Source of the DNA: Malacoraja senta
Lineage: Eukaryota
Length of the DNA: 56,646 bases
Direction of reading: 5' to 3'
Assembly (NCBI GenBank): GCA_038087875.1
Contig: JAXLNO010000560.1
Location: 1 to 56,646, forward strand
The notes under the pieces are model-generated. The model did not search any database and was not told where the DNA came from. It saw nothing but the letters and a program-made list of their open reading frames with translations. Both the position numbers and the translations under genes were made by a program. How positions within the stretch are numbered: the stretch's first letter is position 1; every line of letters starts with the position of its first letter. Positions 24,600-37,520 of this stretch are shown here, piece by piece.

Positions 24600-24604
24600 A
24601 ATAA
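24551..24604. repeat. (TAA)n microsatellite followed by a G-run tract
   Basis: Directly visible. Confidence 0.95.
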
Positions 24605-24669
24605 ACGCCCCGAGGGGATGGGGGAGGGGGGGGGTTGAACAGAGAGAAATTCGATTGGAATTATTCTGA

Positions 24670-25098
24670 TGGAATCTGAAGGTTTCGACTCAAAACGTCA
24701 ATTCCTTCTCTCCAGAGATGTCTGACCCGCTGAGTTACTCCAGCATTTTGTGTCTATCTTTGGAATTAGCACCACTAGTTTTAAACCCCCTCTCTCCCTC
24801 TACCGCGTGAGGTTAAAACATGTTTTCTCCCTCCTTCTCTCCCACCTCCTTCCCCTCCCTCTCCCTCTCCCCCCCCCTCTCTCTCCCCTCTCTCCCCTCT
24901 CCATCTCCCCTCTCTCCTCTCTCCTATCCCCGCCTTCTTGATCCACCTCCTTTGATGTCTCGTCTTCACACCCCACCCTTCCTTGTCTCTGTGTCTCCCT
25001 CTCCCCTGACTCTCAGTCTGAAGAAGGGTCTCGACCCGAAACGTCACCCAGAGATGCTGCCTGTCCCGCCAAGTTACTCCAGCATTTTGTGTCTATTT
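24670..25098 (+). mobile_element. Two tandem short Penelope-derived elements; intact hammerhead-like core at 25018-25045
   Basis: CTGAAGA-AGGGTCTCGACCC-GAAACGTC; a polypyrimidine tract lies between the copies. Confidence 0.75.
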
Positions 25099-25640
25099 CC
25101 CGCACACTTCAATTCCGTTTAAATCCCCCAATCTAACAATCGGGCACCACCAGCCTGTTTAGCAACAATCTGCCCTTATGTAAAACTGAGAGAGATCTTG
25201 CAAATTGGATGCAAAGGCAGTGAATTCGCCCATTGTTGACACTGAGGTTCAAAGCGCTCGAATCTAGAGTGTGGATCTCGCCAGCTACAGGTATATGGGC
25301 CCGTTTCACCATGGAGCATGACTGGATTCAACCCTTGCCCCCTTGATCAGCTGCTCTGTCTGTTCCTGTCATTAAGAATGTCGCACTCGACCCTCCTCAA
25401 GGTCGTTTCCCTACAGTCACCAGATATAAATATATATATATTTTTTCCGAAAGGCAACAGCCGAAATGCTCTGTCAACTTGGAAAGAAATGCGCGCAATG
25501 TAGAAATCTCACGTGTTAGGATCACCAGTTTGCAGTTTACTGCTGGTTGTCAGATGCCCGGGACATGGCTATTTTTAAAACATCGATTATGTCTTGGAAA
25601 CGTTCCCACCGTCACGCAGCCCCCGACAGAACACCGTCCA

Positions 25641-25717
25641 GTGTGTATGTGTGTGACACAGTGTGCCTGTGTGTGTGTGTCCGTGTCTGTGTGTGTGTGT
25701 ATGTGTGTGTGTGTGTA

Positions 25718-25784
<67 letters not shown>

Positions 25785-26264
25785 CTGTGTCTGTGTGTTT
25801 GTGTATGTCTGTATATGTGTGCCTGTGTGTGTCTATGTGTGTGTCCTGTCTGTGTGTGTGTGTGTGTGTCTGTCTGTGTCTGTGTGTGTGTGTCTGTATG
25901 TGTGTGTATGTCTGTGTGTGTGTGTATGTCTGTGTGTGTGTGTGTGTGTGTGCATGTCTGTGTGTGTGCCTGTGTTTACGTGTGTGTGTGTTTTGCATGT
26001 GTCTGTGTGCATGTTTGTGTGTCCATGTATGTACATGTGCATGCGCATGTGTGTGTGTGTGTGTGTGTGTGCATGTGTGCGTGTCTGTGTGTCTATGTAT
26101 GTACATGTACGTGTGTGTGTGTGTGTGGTGTGTGCATGTGTGTGTGTGTGTGTGTTTGTGTGTGTGCGTGTGTGTGTGCGTGTGTGCATGTGTGTGTGCG
26201 TGTGCGTGTGTATGTGCATGCATGTGTGTGTGCGTGCGTGCGTGTGTGTGTGTGTGTGTGTGCA

Positions 26265-26303
<39 letters not shown>

Positions 26304-26521
26304 GTGTGAGTGTGTGTGCGTGTGTGTGTGTGTGCATGTGTGTGTGTGTGTGTGTGTTTGTGTGTGTGCGTGTGTGTGTGCATGTGTGCGTGTGTGTGCA
26401 TGTGCGTGCGTGTGTGTGTGTGTGTGTGTGTGTGCATGTGTGTGCGTGTGTGAGTGTGTGCGTGCGTGCGTGTGTGTGTGTGTGTGTGCATGTGTGTGCG
26501 TGTGTGTGTGTGTGTGCGTGC

Positions 26522-26552
<31 letters not shown>

Positions 26553-26625
26553 CATGTGTGTGTGTGTGTGCGTGTGTGTGTGTGCATGTGTGTGTGTGTG
26601 TGTGTGCGTGTGTGTGAGTGTGTGT
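25641..26625. repeat. Compound (TG)n microsatellite, about 985 bp
   Basis: Directly visible. Confidence 0.98.
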
Positions 26626-28639
26626 TTTTGTGGGGTGTTATTCATTGGCAGTTCAGGAGGAAGCTGGCTTTGGGGAAATGATTGTATCAGCGAGTGTTGG
26701 GCTTTGAGTCGCCCGGCTTTGTGCAGGAGAGTCTGGTGTGAGTCGACAAACACCCTGAGCACCACCTATCCTGTCATCTGTCAAATCCTGAAGACGGAGC
26801 TGAAGCTCACGAATCTCTGCCCTTTCAGCAGAAAAAATACCCCAGAGCCCAAAGGCCTGAATAAGTTCTAGATAAGACCCCCCCTCCCCCCCCCCCCTCC
26901 CACCCCCAACTACAACGTAAACTGGAATCAAATTCGGCTAGAATCCAAAATAACTCAAGCAACTTTGTGACCACCTCTCGCTGAGAGGGATCACGCCACA
27001 AGGTGCATTTAATTATGATTTCTGTCCTTTTATGGGCCTTTTTCCAGAGCCTGATCTCCAGAGCGACATTCGGATGAATTATGAAATTCGGAGGGAGAGA
27101 AAAGTTGCCTTTGACTTCATCATACTGTCAGGACCATTTATTTCTATTGTTGGGAAAACTAACTTTTGAAAGGGTTTGAAGTTTTGCACATCAAAGGCAG
27201 GATTTGAATGGGGGGGTTTTTTGGTAAAAGGGAAGGTTATGCAGAATGTTAAATGCCTGTTTAGACGCAGCAGCCCTCAAAAGTCCATGCAGAATTTAGT
27301 ATTTTTAATATTCATCCCCAGAAAGAGTGGCATTGATAGGTTTATGGAGCAGAGCAGAATGGCAGGGAACTGACGAGTTGCTCTTTAAAAGCATTTAATA
27401 AACAGCCATTTCAGCGCCCTGCTCGCTCTCTCTTGCCCAACGTCAGCATATTAAAGTTCAGACAGAATCCCGGGCTGAAAGTTTATAAATAAGCCTTCTA
27501 TCAAGTTCCGTAACAGGTGTGACCTACCCTGTTCGAAAACTGCAGGCTTTAAACCAGCTTCAGATGAAAATCTCCACGCTTGACACTTGCATTGAGCATT
27601 CTAACATTTGCCAGATCCACAGAAGTTTTTCGTGTATAGTCTGAAGGTGCCAATTCCAATTGACCTACTCAGAGTAGTCATTAGCAATGAACTGCTGCAG
27701 CCTGGTATTGTGGCTCCAGCCTCATGATAATTCTCCATAATTAATGTTAACATGTTTTCTTCCACATGTTATGTTCTTGAAGATCTTGCATCAAATAACA
27801 CATAGAAAACAGTCACAGTCCGAGAGTCTTATAGTGCTGAAATAGGCCCTTCGGCCCACCATATCCATACTGGCCATCCATGACCCATCTACACGCAGGT
27901 GTCAGGGGTTATGGGGAGAAGGCAGGAGAATGAGGTTGAGAGGGAAAGAAAGATCAACCAGGATTGAATGGCGGAGAAACGCTGAATGTCCTAATTCTGC
28001 TTCTACAAGTTATGGATTTATGAATTTGCACTAATCCCATTAAGCAGCACATTGTATATAGCCCTCCATGCTTTGGTGTTCCAATGTTTATCCAGATACT
28101 TTTTCAATGTCAATAGAAGACTCGTGAGGTGAGAGATGGAAATAGTCATCAGTACAAAATATTTAGTTTAGTTTAATTTGCTGTCATGTGTAGCGAGGTA
28201 CAGTGAAAAGCTTTTTTGTTGCGTGCTATCCAGTCAGCGGAAAGACTATACATGATTACCATCAAGCCGTTCAAAGGGTACCAATACATGATAAAGGGAA
28301 TCATGTTTAGTGCAAGATAAAGTCCAGTAACGAACAATTAAAAATAGTCTGAGGGTCTCCAATATCATTGTGAACTTTGGACAGATTTCTTCAAAAATAA
28401 ACTTGGTCCAATGGTCTCCTATCTTCTCATTCTTTGTTTACTAATAATAACAGTTTGTGTTTTTAGAAAGACCATTAATTCAACAAAATATTCCAAGATG
28501 GTTTACAAGAGTTTAGATAAAGTTTAGTTTAGTTTAGTTTAGTTTGAAGAAGGGTTCCGACCTGCAACGTCACCTATTTCTTTTCTCCTGACATGCTGCC
28601 AGACCCCCTGAGTTACTGCGGCATTTTGCAGCTATCTCA

Positions 28640-28962
28640 GTTTAGTTTAGTTTAGATTAGTATAGAGATACAACATGCAAAGTGGCTCTTTGGCCCACCG
28701 AATCCATGCTGACTATCGATCGCCCTTTCACAACAGTTCTATGTTATCCCATTTACTCATCCGCTCTCGACACACTAGGGGCAATTTACAGAGGCCAATT
28801 AACCTCCAAACCCGCACGTCCATGGGATATGGGAAGAAACCGGAGCACCCGGTGGAAACCCGTGTGGTCACATGGAGAAGGAACAACCCCACACAGTTAA
28901 GTCCAGGATCAAAACTGGGTCTCTGATGCTTTGAGACAACAGCTCGACCAGCTGCCACATTG
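28640..28962 (-). mobile_element. HE1 V-SINE, diverged; its (TTTAG)n tail hosts a Penelope-derived insert (about 28544-28638)
   Basis: Consensus match; the insert has (TTTAG)n on both sides. Confidence 0.8.
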
Positions 28963-29774
28963 TGTGTGTGACTAATCTCATACCGCCTTCAAATCCCGAA
29001 TGAAAAAAAAATATTTACCTCCTCTTTAAAGCAAGGAGAGAATTCAAGCAGTTCAATGGGCCCAGTCCATCACAGAGACCAGACTCCCCACTGTCGACTC
29101 CATCTACACTTCGCACTGCCTTGGAGAAGCAGCCAACAGAATCAAAGGTGTCCCAACCCGGTCATTCCTTCGTCTCCCTGCCCCTGTCTGGCAGAAGGTA
29201 CAGAAGCTTGAAATCACGCACCCCCGGACTGCTTTTTTTGCCTCTATTATCAGGCTTCTTAACGGTTCTTCCATGGGCTATGGTACTGTGAGTTTCAGCT
29301 CTAACCCACTGTGGACATTGGACTTGGTCTATGGTATTGGTATTGGAATCAGTCTATTATTGTCATGTGTACCGAGATACAGTGAAAAACTTTGAGTTGC
29401 ATGCTATGCAGGTATTGCAAACACAGAAAGAAAGTAGGGTGCAGAATACAGTGAAGATAGACACAAAATGCTGGCGTAACTCTTCGGGTCAGTCAAAAAG
29501 AAGAGTTTCGACCCGAAACGTCACCTATTCCATTTCTCCAGAGATGCTGCCTGACCCGCAGAGTTAATCCAGCAATTTGTGTCTGTCTTTGGTGTAAACC
29601 AGCATCTGCAGTTCCTTCCTATGCAGAATAGAGTGAGACAGCCTTGGAAAGTGCAAGGGCCACCCCATGAAGATCAGGGATACTTGCTTAATAACTAAGA
29701 GGTCAGTTCAAGAGTCTGATGACAGTGACAAGGAAACTATTCTTGAATCTAGTGATACACGCATTTAAACTTTT

Positions 29775-30278
29775 GTGAACACTGCCCAGTCAGTCCATCA
29801 CCGGCTCTGACCTCCCCACCATCGAAGAGATTTACCGGAGTCGCTGCCTCAAAAAGGCAGCCAGTATCATCAGAGACTCACACCACCCTGGCCGCACACT
29901 CATTTCACCACTGCCATCGGGAAGAAGGTACAGGAGCCTGTAAACTGTAAGGTCCAGGTTCAGAAGCACCTTCTTCCCTACAGCCATTTGGTTATTAAAC
30001 ACGACAACCTCATATAAGCTCTGAACTACATAGTCTATTATTGTTATTATTGTTTTTTTGTGTGTGTACGTATGTGTGCGTGTATATAATATATATATAT
30101 ATGTCTGTGTGTATTTGTGAGTATGTGTATATCTACACACACTGACCTTTTTTTCTCTCTCTCGTTTATTATATAGTTTACAGAGTACTATGTTTACATA
30201 TTCTGTTGTGCTGCTGCAAGTAAGAATTTCATGGGTCTATCTCAGACATATGACAATAAAACACTCTTGACTCTTGAA
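29775..30278 (+). mobile_element. Rex1/Babar-like LINE 3' fragment
   Basis: Encodes IYRSRCLKKAASIIRDSHHPGRTLISPLPSGRRYRSL; tail TGACAATAAAACACTCTTGACTCTTG. Confidence 0.82.
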
Positions 30279-30382
30279 TCTTGTGCCGGAAGGGAGAGGG
30301 GAGAAGAGAGAATGACCAGGGTATGTGTAGCCCATGTTTCCTGAGGCAGCGTGGTGTAGATGGGGTGGTTCTTTTCCTTTTT

Positions 30383-30645
30383 CGCTTCTTCTCGTCTCAG
30401 GCAGTCCTTTTGGGATGGAGGATGACTTGCTTCCACACCAGTTTGTGCGGGTTCCCGTGACTGACGACAGCAGTGTGGGGACCGCCGACACTTCCACAAG
30501 GGGGGAGGTGAGCAGTTTGGTGAGATGATGCCTCCTCTGCCGTTGACCTTGGTCTTCTGGACACCCCCAATGCATGGCCTCAGCATCCTCAGGTCCACCC
30601 TGAACGTTCCTTCTCCACTTTGAACGGAGATCCACGACCTCTTGC
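30383..30645 (-). mobile_element. RTE-clade LINE 3' fragment
   Basis: RSKWRR motif, degenerate C-terminal Cys/His motif, and 3' end GGAAGCAAGTCATCCTC...GACTGCC with an (AAG)-like tail. Confidence 0.65.
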
Positions 30646-30809
30646 ACACACACACACCAAGATGCCCCATATACGCCTGTAATATTTGATTGTGATTAGA
30701 TAATTAGATGCTTAAGATAGTTACCAGACCAGGTGCTTCACTGAATCGTTTGGTGAATCTACTCGTAGGATTTATGCATCAGCCCTGGTTCAGCCCAACT
30801 CCTCTCAGC

Positions 30810-30980
30810 CACACATGGCTCTCAGTGGCTTCAAGATCCACTGCAAGGAAGAATCCCAGGGTGACAATCTGTGCTGCACTGATGGAGTGCTGCACTGTTT
30901 GAAATGCTGCCGTTAGCATGGAACGTTGGTCAAAGGCCCTTCTACTTTCCAGTGAGATGTCAATGTCACACACGCATTTG
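30810..30980 (+). mobile_element. Ancient Deu-domain SINE relic (SacSINE1/AmnSINE1-like)
   Basis: GTGACA...CACTGATGGAGTGCTGCACTGT...TGCTGCC...GAACGTT...AGGCCC resembles the Deu core as I recall it. Confidence 0.6.
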
Positions 30981-31293
30981 GCCAGCACAGTGGTGCAGCC
31001 TGGCAGAGTCGCCGGAGACCCAGGTTTGATCCTGACCTCAGGTGCTATCTATGTGGAGTTTGCACGTTCTCTCTGTGACCATGTGACCTTTGTCCGGGTG
31101 CTCTGGTTTCTTCCCACATCCCAAAGATGTGCGGGTTTATTGGTCAATTGGCATCTCTAAAATTGCCTCTAGTGTGTAGGGAGTGGATGAGAAAGTGGGA
31201 TAACATAGAACTAATGTGAACAGGGGATCGATGGTCGGCATGGACTCATTGGGCTGAAGGGCCTGTTTCCAAGCTACATCTCGAAACCAAACT
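30980..31293 (+). mobile_element. HE1 V-SINE
   Basis: Matches the consensus seen in the other copies. Confidence 0.88.
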
Positions 31294-31693
31294 CATGATT
31301 GCACCTGAAAACTTGCTGTGGAGAAATCGATTGCAGTATTTCATAGGTTCCAACCCTGGATACATGTTGTGGACAATGACACATTTTGGGATAAATTAAC
31401 ACTGAGGCATTTTATAAACCCAAGTTTACACTTTTCATGGGGGTTACAAGCAAAATTTGATCAAACTTGAGTCCACCATCAGCAGTCCAAACCTGTTCCC
31501 TGTTCTTGATTAGCAAGGGCATCAAAGATTATGGGGAGAAGGCAGGAGAGTGGGGTTGAGAGAGAAAAATAGATCAGCCATGATCGAATGGCAAAGTAGA
31601 CAATGGGCCAAATGGCCTAAGTCTCCTACTATGTTTTAGGATCTTATGTTCCTGGAGGTGTAAATGTTGGTCATGGGAAATCCACCACTCTTT

Positions 31694-32017
31694 CATAAGT
31701 TGTAGGAGCGGAATTAGGCAATTCGGCCCATCGGGTCTACTCCGCCATTCAATCATGGCTGATCTATCTTTCCCTCTCAACCCCATTCTCCTGCCTTCTC
31801 CCCATAACCCCTGGCCCCCATACTAATCAAGAATCTGTCAATCTTCGCCTTAAAAATATCCATTGACTTGGCCTCCACAGCCTTACGTGGCAATGAACTC
31901 CACAGATTCACCACCCTCTGACTAAAGAAACCTCTCCTCATCTCCTTTCTAAAGGGACATCCTTTTATTCTGAGTCTGTGCCCTCTGGTCCTGGACTCTC
32001 CCACTAGTGGAAACATC
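31694..32017 (-). mobile_element. CR1/HER1 3' fragment, tail-to-tail with a plus-strand copy at about 31500-31640
   Basis: MFPLVGESRTRGHRLRIKG..FFSQRVVNLWSSLP. Confidence 0.9.
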
Positions 32018-32214
32018 AGTTGATGAAAATGCATTTACAGTAAAGTGTGCAACCCTCAATAACGATTGTGCTAGGATTGGATTTCAATCTTTGCATTTTT
32101 CTGAAAAGTTGATCAGAGAATCATAGCTTGGAATTTTACTTGGAAATTCAAAGACCTGGCGAAGTTCGATTAAAGCACGTGTTAACTCTCCCAGTAAAGG
32201 CTGTGACTGCCATA

Positions 32215-33592
32215 GTGTTAAGGGCTTAGACGGGCTGGAGTTTGTCAAATGTGTTCAGGAAAGGTTCCTCGGTCATGTCGTAGCGGTCCTACAAGGGAGA
32301 GGGACAAAGTTTAATCTACTCTTAGGAAATTGCAAAGAGCAAGTGACTTTGGTTCCAGAGACCATGGTTTTATTAGCTTTGAAATTAGTTATGGATAAAG
32401 AAAGGGTGGGCCCATGAGTTAAAATTCTGAATGGCGGCAAGACCAACTGTGATGGCATTAGACAGGACATTGCCAGCTGACTGGATATAGAATTAGCTTC
32501 AGGGAAGGAAGCAGAGAGTGATGGTGGAAAGTTGTTTTTCAGCGTGGAGGCCAGGGATTCGTGAGTGCATCAGCGATCTGTGCTGGGATCATTGTTGTTA
32601 GTGGTCTATATCAATGATTTGGACGAGAATGTACAAAGCATGATCAGTAAGTTTGCAGATGGCACCAAAGCGGCTGATATCATAGATAGCGGAGATAGTT
32701 ATCAGAAATTATAGCAAGATCTTGATCGGTTGGTCAAGTGGGCTCAGAAACGGTTAATAAAGTTTAAATGCAGATGAATGCAAGGTTTTGCATTTTGTGA
32801 AGTTAAACCAGGGCAGGTCCTTCACAGTGAATGGCAAAGCCCTGGGGAGTTTGTAGAGCAGATGGATCTAGGAGTGCAGGTACATAGTTCCTTGAAAGTG
32901 GCATCGCAGGTACTGTAAATAGTGTTCTTAGAAGGCTTTTGGTATATTGGCCTTCAAGAGTCAGGTTATTGAGTATAGAAGTTGGGATGTTATGTTACAG
33001 CTGAACAGATGTTGGTGAGGCCGCATTTAGAATATTGTGTTCAGTTTTGGTTCCCCGACCATATTGTTAAGTGGGAAATCGTACAGAGATTTACGACGAT
33101 GTTACCAGGACTTGACGGCCATAGAGAGAGATAGTCCTTGGAGCACAGGAGGATGAGGGGTGATCTAATAAAGAAAATGAGTGGAATAGATCGGGTAAAT
33201 GCACAGTCTTTTACCTCAAATAGGTGAAGCAAGAACCAGGAAACATACGTTTAAGGTAAGAGGGGAAAGATTTAATTGGAACGTGAGGAGCAACATTTTC
33301 ACTCAGAAAGTGTTGGGCATATGGAACGAGCTGCCAGAGGAGGTAGTTGAGGCAGATACTATAACAACAGACTGGTTAGCACGCAACAAAAGCTTTTCAC
33401 TTAACCTCAGTACACGTGACAATAAACTAAACTCAAACCACAAATTCATCTGACAGACATTTGGACAGGTACATGGATAGGAAAGGTTTAGAGGGATATG
33501 GGCCAAACACGGGCAGGTGGGACTCGTGGAGATGGAGTATGTTGGTTGGCGTGGGCAGGTTGGACTGAAGAGCCTGTCTCCCTGCTGTATGA
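32215..33592 (+). mobile_element. CR1/HER1 LINE, longer degenerate ORF2 fragment
   Basis: Remnants YINDLDE..ISKFADGTK, W...FN..C.VLHF, LVRPHLEYCVQFW, WNELPEEVVEA. Confidence 0.88.
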
Positions 33593-33959
33593 GCAAATTG
33601 TGGCTCATTAACCTGCCCTGCATGTCTTTGGGATACGTGAGGAAACCAGAGCATCCAAAGGGATATAACGCGGCACAGAGAGAACGTGCAAACTCCACAC
33701 AGACAGCACCGGAGGTCAGGATTGAACTGGAGTCGTGAGGCAGTGGAGCTGCACCACTGTGCTAGCATCGTGTCCCACAAGTGGAGGACAAAAGGCAAAG
33801 GCCATTGACATCAGTGTGAAATCATAGGGGTGATTCAGCATAGACTTCTTCACTCAGTGACTGGCAGCAGTGGGAAGTCACCACGGACACAGAGTGGCTG
33901 AAGTGAACAACTTAGATACAAAACGAAAGCTAACCAGAAGTGGAAAGTAGAAAGTACAA

Positions 33960-34420
33960 AGCATCTTATCGGGACGTATCACAGCATGGTTGGGGAACAG
34001 CCCCAACCAAGACATCAAGAAATTGCAGAGAATTGTGGACGCAGCCCAAACCATCACACAAACCAACCTCCCTTCCATACACTCCATCTACACCTCACGC
34101 TGCCTCGGCAAGGCCAGCAGCATAATCAAGGACAAGACACACCCCAGTCACTCCTTCTTCTCCCCTCTCCCATCAGGCAAGAGGTACAGAAGTGTGAAAA
34201 CGCACACCTCCAGATTCAGGGGCAGTTTCTTCCCAGTTGTTATCAGGCAACTGAACCATCTTTACTGGACTTTATCTTGCACTAAACATTATTCCCTTTA
34301 CCATGTAACTTTACTGTGTGGAAGACTCGACTGTAATCATGTATTATCTTACTGCTGACTGGATAGCACGCAACAGAAGCTTTTCACTGTACCTCGGTAC
34401 ACGTGACAATAAACTAAACC
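33960..34420 (+). mobile_element. Rex1/Babar-like LINE 3' fragment
   Basis: KKLQRIVDAAQTITQTNLPSIHSIYTSRCLGKASSIIKDKTHPSHSFFSPLPSGKRYRS plus tail. Confidence 0.88.
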
Positions 34421-34624
34421 AAGGGGCAGGGGAGAATCAAAAGCTATGCTGATCAATTAGTCATGGATTCATAGAGAAATAGAACCTAGAAACAGGCCCT
34501 TGGGCCCATTGAGTCTGTGCCAACCATCAAGCTCTCTTTTACACTAATCCTACATTAATCCTATTTTATGTTCCCCACATTTCTACAACCCAAGTTTTTT
34601 TAATCACTCATCAGTGACAAGTTA

Positions 34625-35562
34625 CTATGAGTCAGGGTAGTGGGTATATGAAGAAGGGTCTCGACCCAAAACGTTGCCTATTCCTTCTCTCCATAGATGC
34701 TGTCTCACCAGCTGAGTTTCTCCAGCATTTTTCGTCCAGTGGGTATAGAAGTTGGGCTGTTAGGCTACAGTTGTAAGATGTTGATGAGGCCACAATTGGA
34801 GTACTGCAGAAACAAAGAACTGCAGATGCTGGTTTATACCAAAGATAGACACAAAGGGCTGGAGTTACTCAATAGGTCAGTCAGGATCTTTGGAGAAAAA
34901 GGATAGGTGATGTTTTGGTTAGGTCTCGATCCGAAACGTCACCCATTCTTTTTTCTCCAGAGAAGCTGCCTGACTCGCTAAGTTACTCCAGCTCTTTGTG
35001 TCTATCTTTGGACTGCCTTGTTCAATTTTGGTCACCTCACTACAGGAAAGATGTCATTAAGCTGGGAAGAGAGCGGAGAAGATTTATGAAGATGTTGCCA
35101 GGACTCGAGGGCCTGAGCTATGAGAGATTGGGCAGGCAAGAACTTTATTCCTTGGAGCACAGAAGGATGAGGGGTGATCTTGTAGAGGTGTATAAAATCA
35201 CGAGGAGGATTAATATTATAACAACATATAAAAGATATTCGGACAGGTACATGGATAGACACAAAATGCTGGAGTAACTCAGCGGGACAGGCAGCATCTC
35301 TGGAGAGAAGGAATAGGTGATGTTTCGGGTCGAGACCCTTCTTCAGACTGAGATTCAGGGGAGAGGGAGACACAGAGATAAGGAATGGTTCCTTAAGACC
35401 CTTAAGGACCCTTCTTCAGACTGAGGGTACATGGATAGGAATGGTTTAGAGGGATATGGGCCAAACACAGGCAATTGGAAATAGGGTAGAAGAGGAATCT
35501 TGGTCTGAGGTTGGAATGGGCAAGTTGGGCTGAAGGGCCTGTTTCCGTGCTGTGTGATTTTA
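34625..35562 (+). mobile_element. CR1/HER1 fragment interrupted by three short Penelope-derived inserts
   Basis: RPQLEYC / VQFWSPHYRKDVIKL..LYSLEHRRMRGDLVEVYKI; inserts at about 34650-34738, 34808-35010 and 35259-35425. Confidence 0.82.
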
Positions 35563-36912
35563 TGGATGGAAGACGAGAGAGAAGGAAGGGTGAAGAAAGA
35601 CAGAGATGTGGTCACCCTCCCCGATCTCTCTCTCTCTCTGAGAGGAGTCCGCTGCCCTCCCTCCCATCCACACCATGAAGATAAATGGCTGAGAATACAA
35701 ACAGCCTTCCCATGTAATTCATACACTTGATTTCAACAGAGTATCTTAAGCTGAAAATTACTATCCAATATCTGTGTGTTTTTGCCAAGTACAGCCCGCG
35801 AACGTTCTCACAGTGTACGTGTATTGTTCTGCAGACTCTCATTCCCATTTCCAGCAAAATGCAGTAATTTAATCTAATAACAGTATTTTACAAATCTTTT
35901 CACTGCAGGTAAAAGGACACCCATGCCTCATCGGCAGAATGTACAATCTAATATTTCAGTATCCATTCCTGTTCAGTCAATTTCCTGAAAAGTGAGTAAA
36001 ATTGATGGCGAGGAGGCTACCCAAACACATCAGGAGCACACACACACACACACACAGACCCTTTGAAAGCATCCATGTACAGGGTGTTTAAGCGCTCCCT
36101 GTATCTGTACTGTCGGTACAGGACCAGAACGAAAATTTGCTTGTGAAAGTCAGTATTTGCGTGAGGCAGACAGGTGAAACAAAAGCATTGCTACATCTCG
36201 GCAATTACTCTGCCTTTCTATTCAACAGTGTCAAAGACTAATAAATATTTCAGGCTGATGTGTATCAATGAATCTTCTGTCCTATTTGGCATCTGCTCTC
36301 TCAGCTTTCAGTGGAGGACAGGTGCAGGAGATAAAAAGGGATTTCATTTCGAACCAGCTTTTCCTGACACGGGGAAAATCTGAGATCATAAAACCCCCAA
36401 TCCCTGTACTTTTTCCACAATAATCAATTTTCACCTTGGCATCGCAAGCAACGCAGTAATTATACAGAGCAGTTGACCAAAGCTGAGGGGCAAACCCGTT
36501 ATGGTAGTGCGAAACAAGCATGATAAAATTATGCCCTAATGTTATTGAATTAAAGAGTGTGAATGATATAGAAGCAGTTTGGGGTTCTGGTTACCACTGC
36601 CTCGATCACTTTTAAATCATCTTGTGGAGATAATGATTATTTTTTCCCTTATTTCTCTTTTCACATTGTTGCAAAGACAAGGCCCAGATTAACGGCTGTT
36701 CTAATGCTACTAAAATGTATTACCGTACAAAGCTTATTAATTCGGAAGAAATAGCCTTGCTGAATCAACACACTGCATTTAATACACTCAATGTCATCGA
36801 GAAGGAAATCGGAAATGCAAAGTGGCGTTTAAAAAGTATTTAGTGCTGGATTTTTCTGCTTGAAGGATTCAAGCAGAAACAAATTTGAGGTGGGAAGCAA
36901 CTCTGTGGAGTA

Positions 36913-37243
36913 TTTTAGTTTCAGTTTAGTTTAGTTTAGAGATACAGCGCGGAAACAGGCCCTTCGGCTCACCGAGTTCACGCCGACCGGCGATCCCCGC
37001 ACATTAACACCGTCCTACACTAGGAACAATTTTTACATTGATACCAAGCCAATTAACCTACAAACCTGTACGTCTTTGGAGTGTGGGTGGAAACTGAAGT
37101 TCTCAGAGAAAACCCACGCAGGTCACAGGGAGAAGGTACAAACTCTTTACAGACAAACACCCGTAGCCAGGATCGAACCCAGGTCTCTTGTTGCTGTAAG
37201 CGCTGTACGGCAGTAACTCTACCGCTGCGCCACCATGTTGCCC
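36913..37243 (-). mobile_element. HE1 V-SINE
   Basis: Matches the consensus seen in the other copies. Confidence 0.9.
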
Positions 37244-37520
37244 TAGGGTTTCTTGGGTGGTCTAATTTCGATCCATATTGTGGTGCCGGCTAATTCAGCT
37301 GACATGTTGATTTAATCCTCCCATGGTCTATCTTGGCGTGACAATCATTCTGCTGATTGCCTTACAAGCTAGTTTTTATTATCATTCCGAAACTTTCAAT
37401 AAAAGAGCAACAAGAGTAAAAAATACTGTTGAATGGTGTGTGTCTACTCTGCGCCCGTTTAATGGCAGGACGCAGCAGGATTTCAATGGAATGTTTAAGG
37501 GGAGGGGGTCAATTGGTTAT

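Noticed and set aside
25479..26871. ORFs up to 402 aa
   Set aside because: Same artefact over the (TG)n tract.
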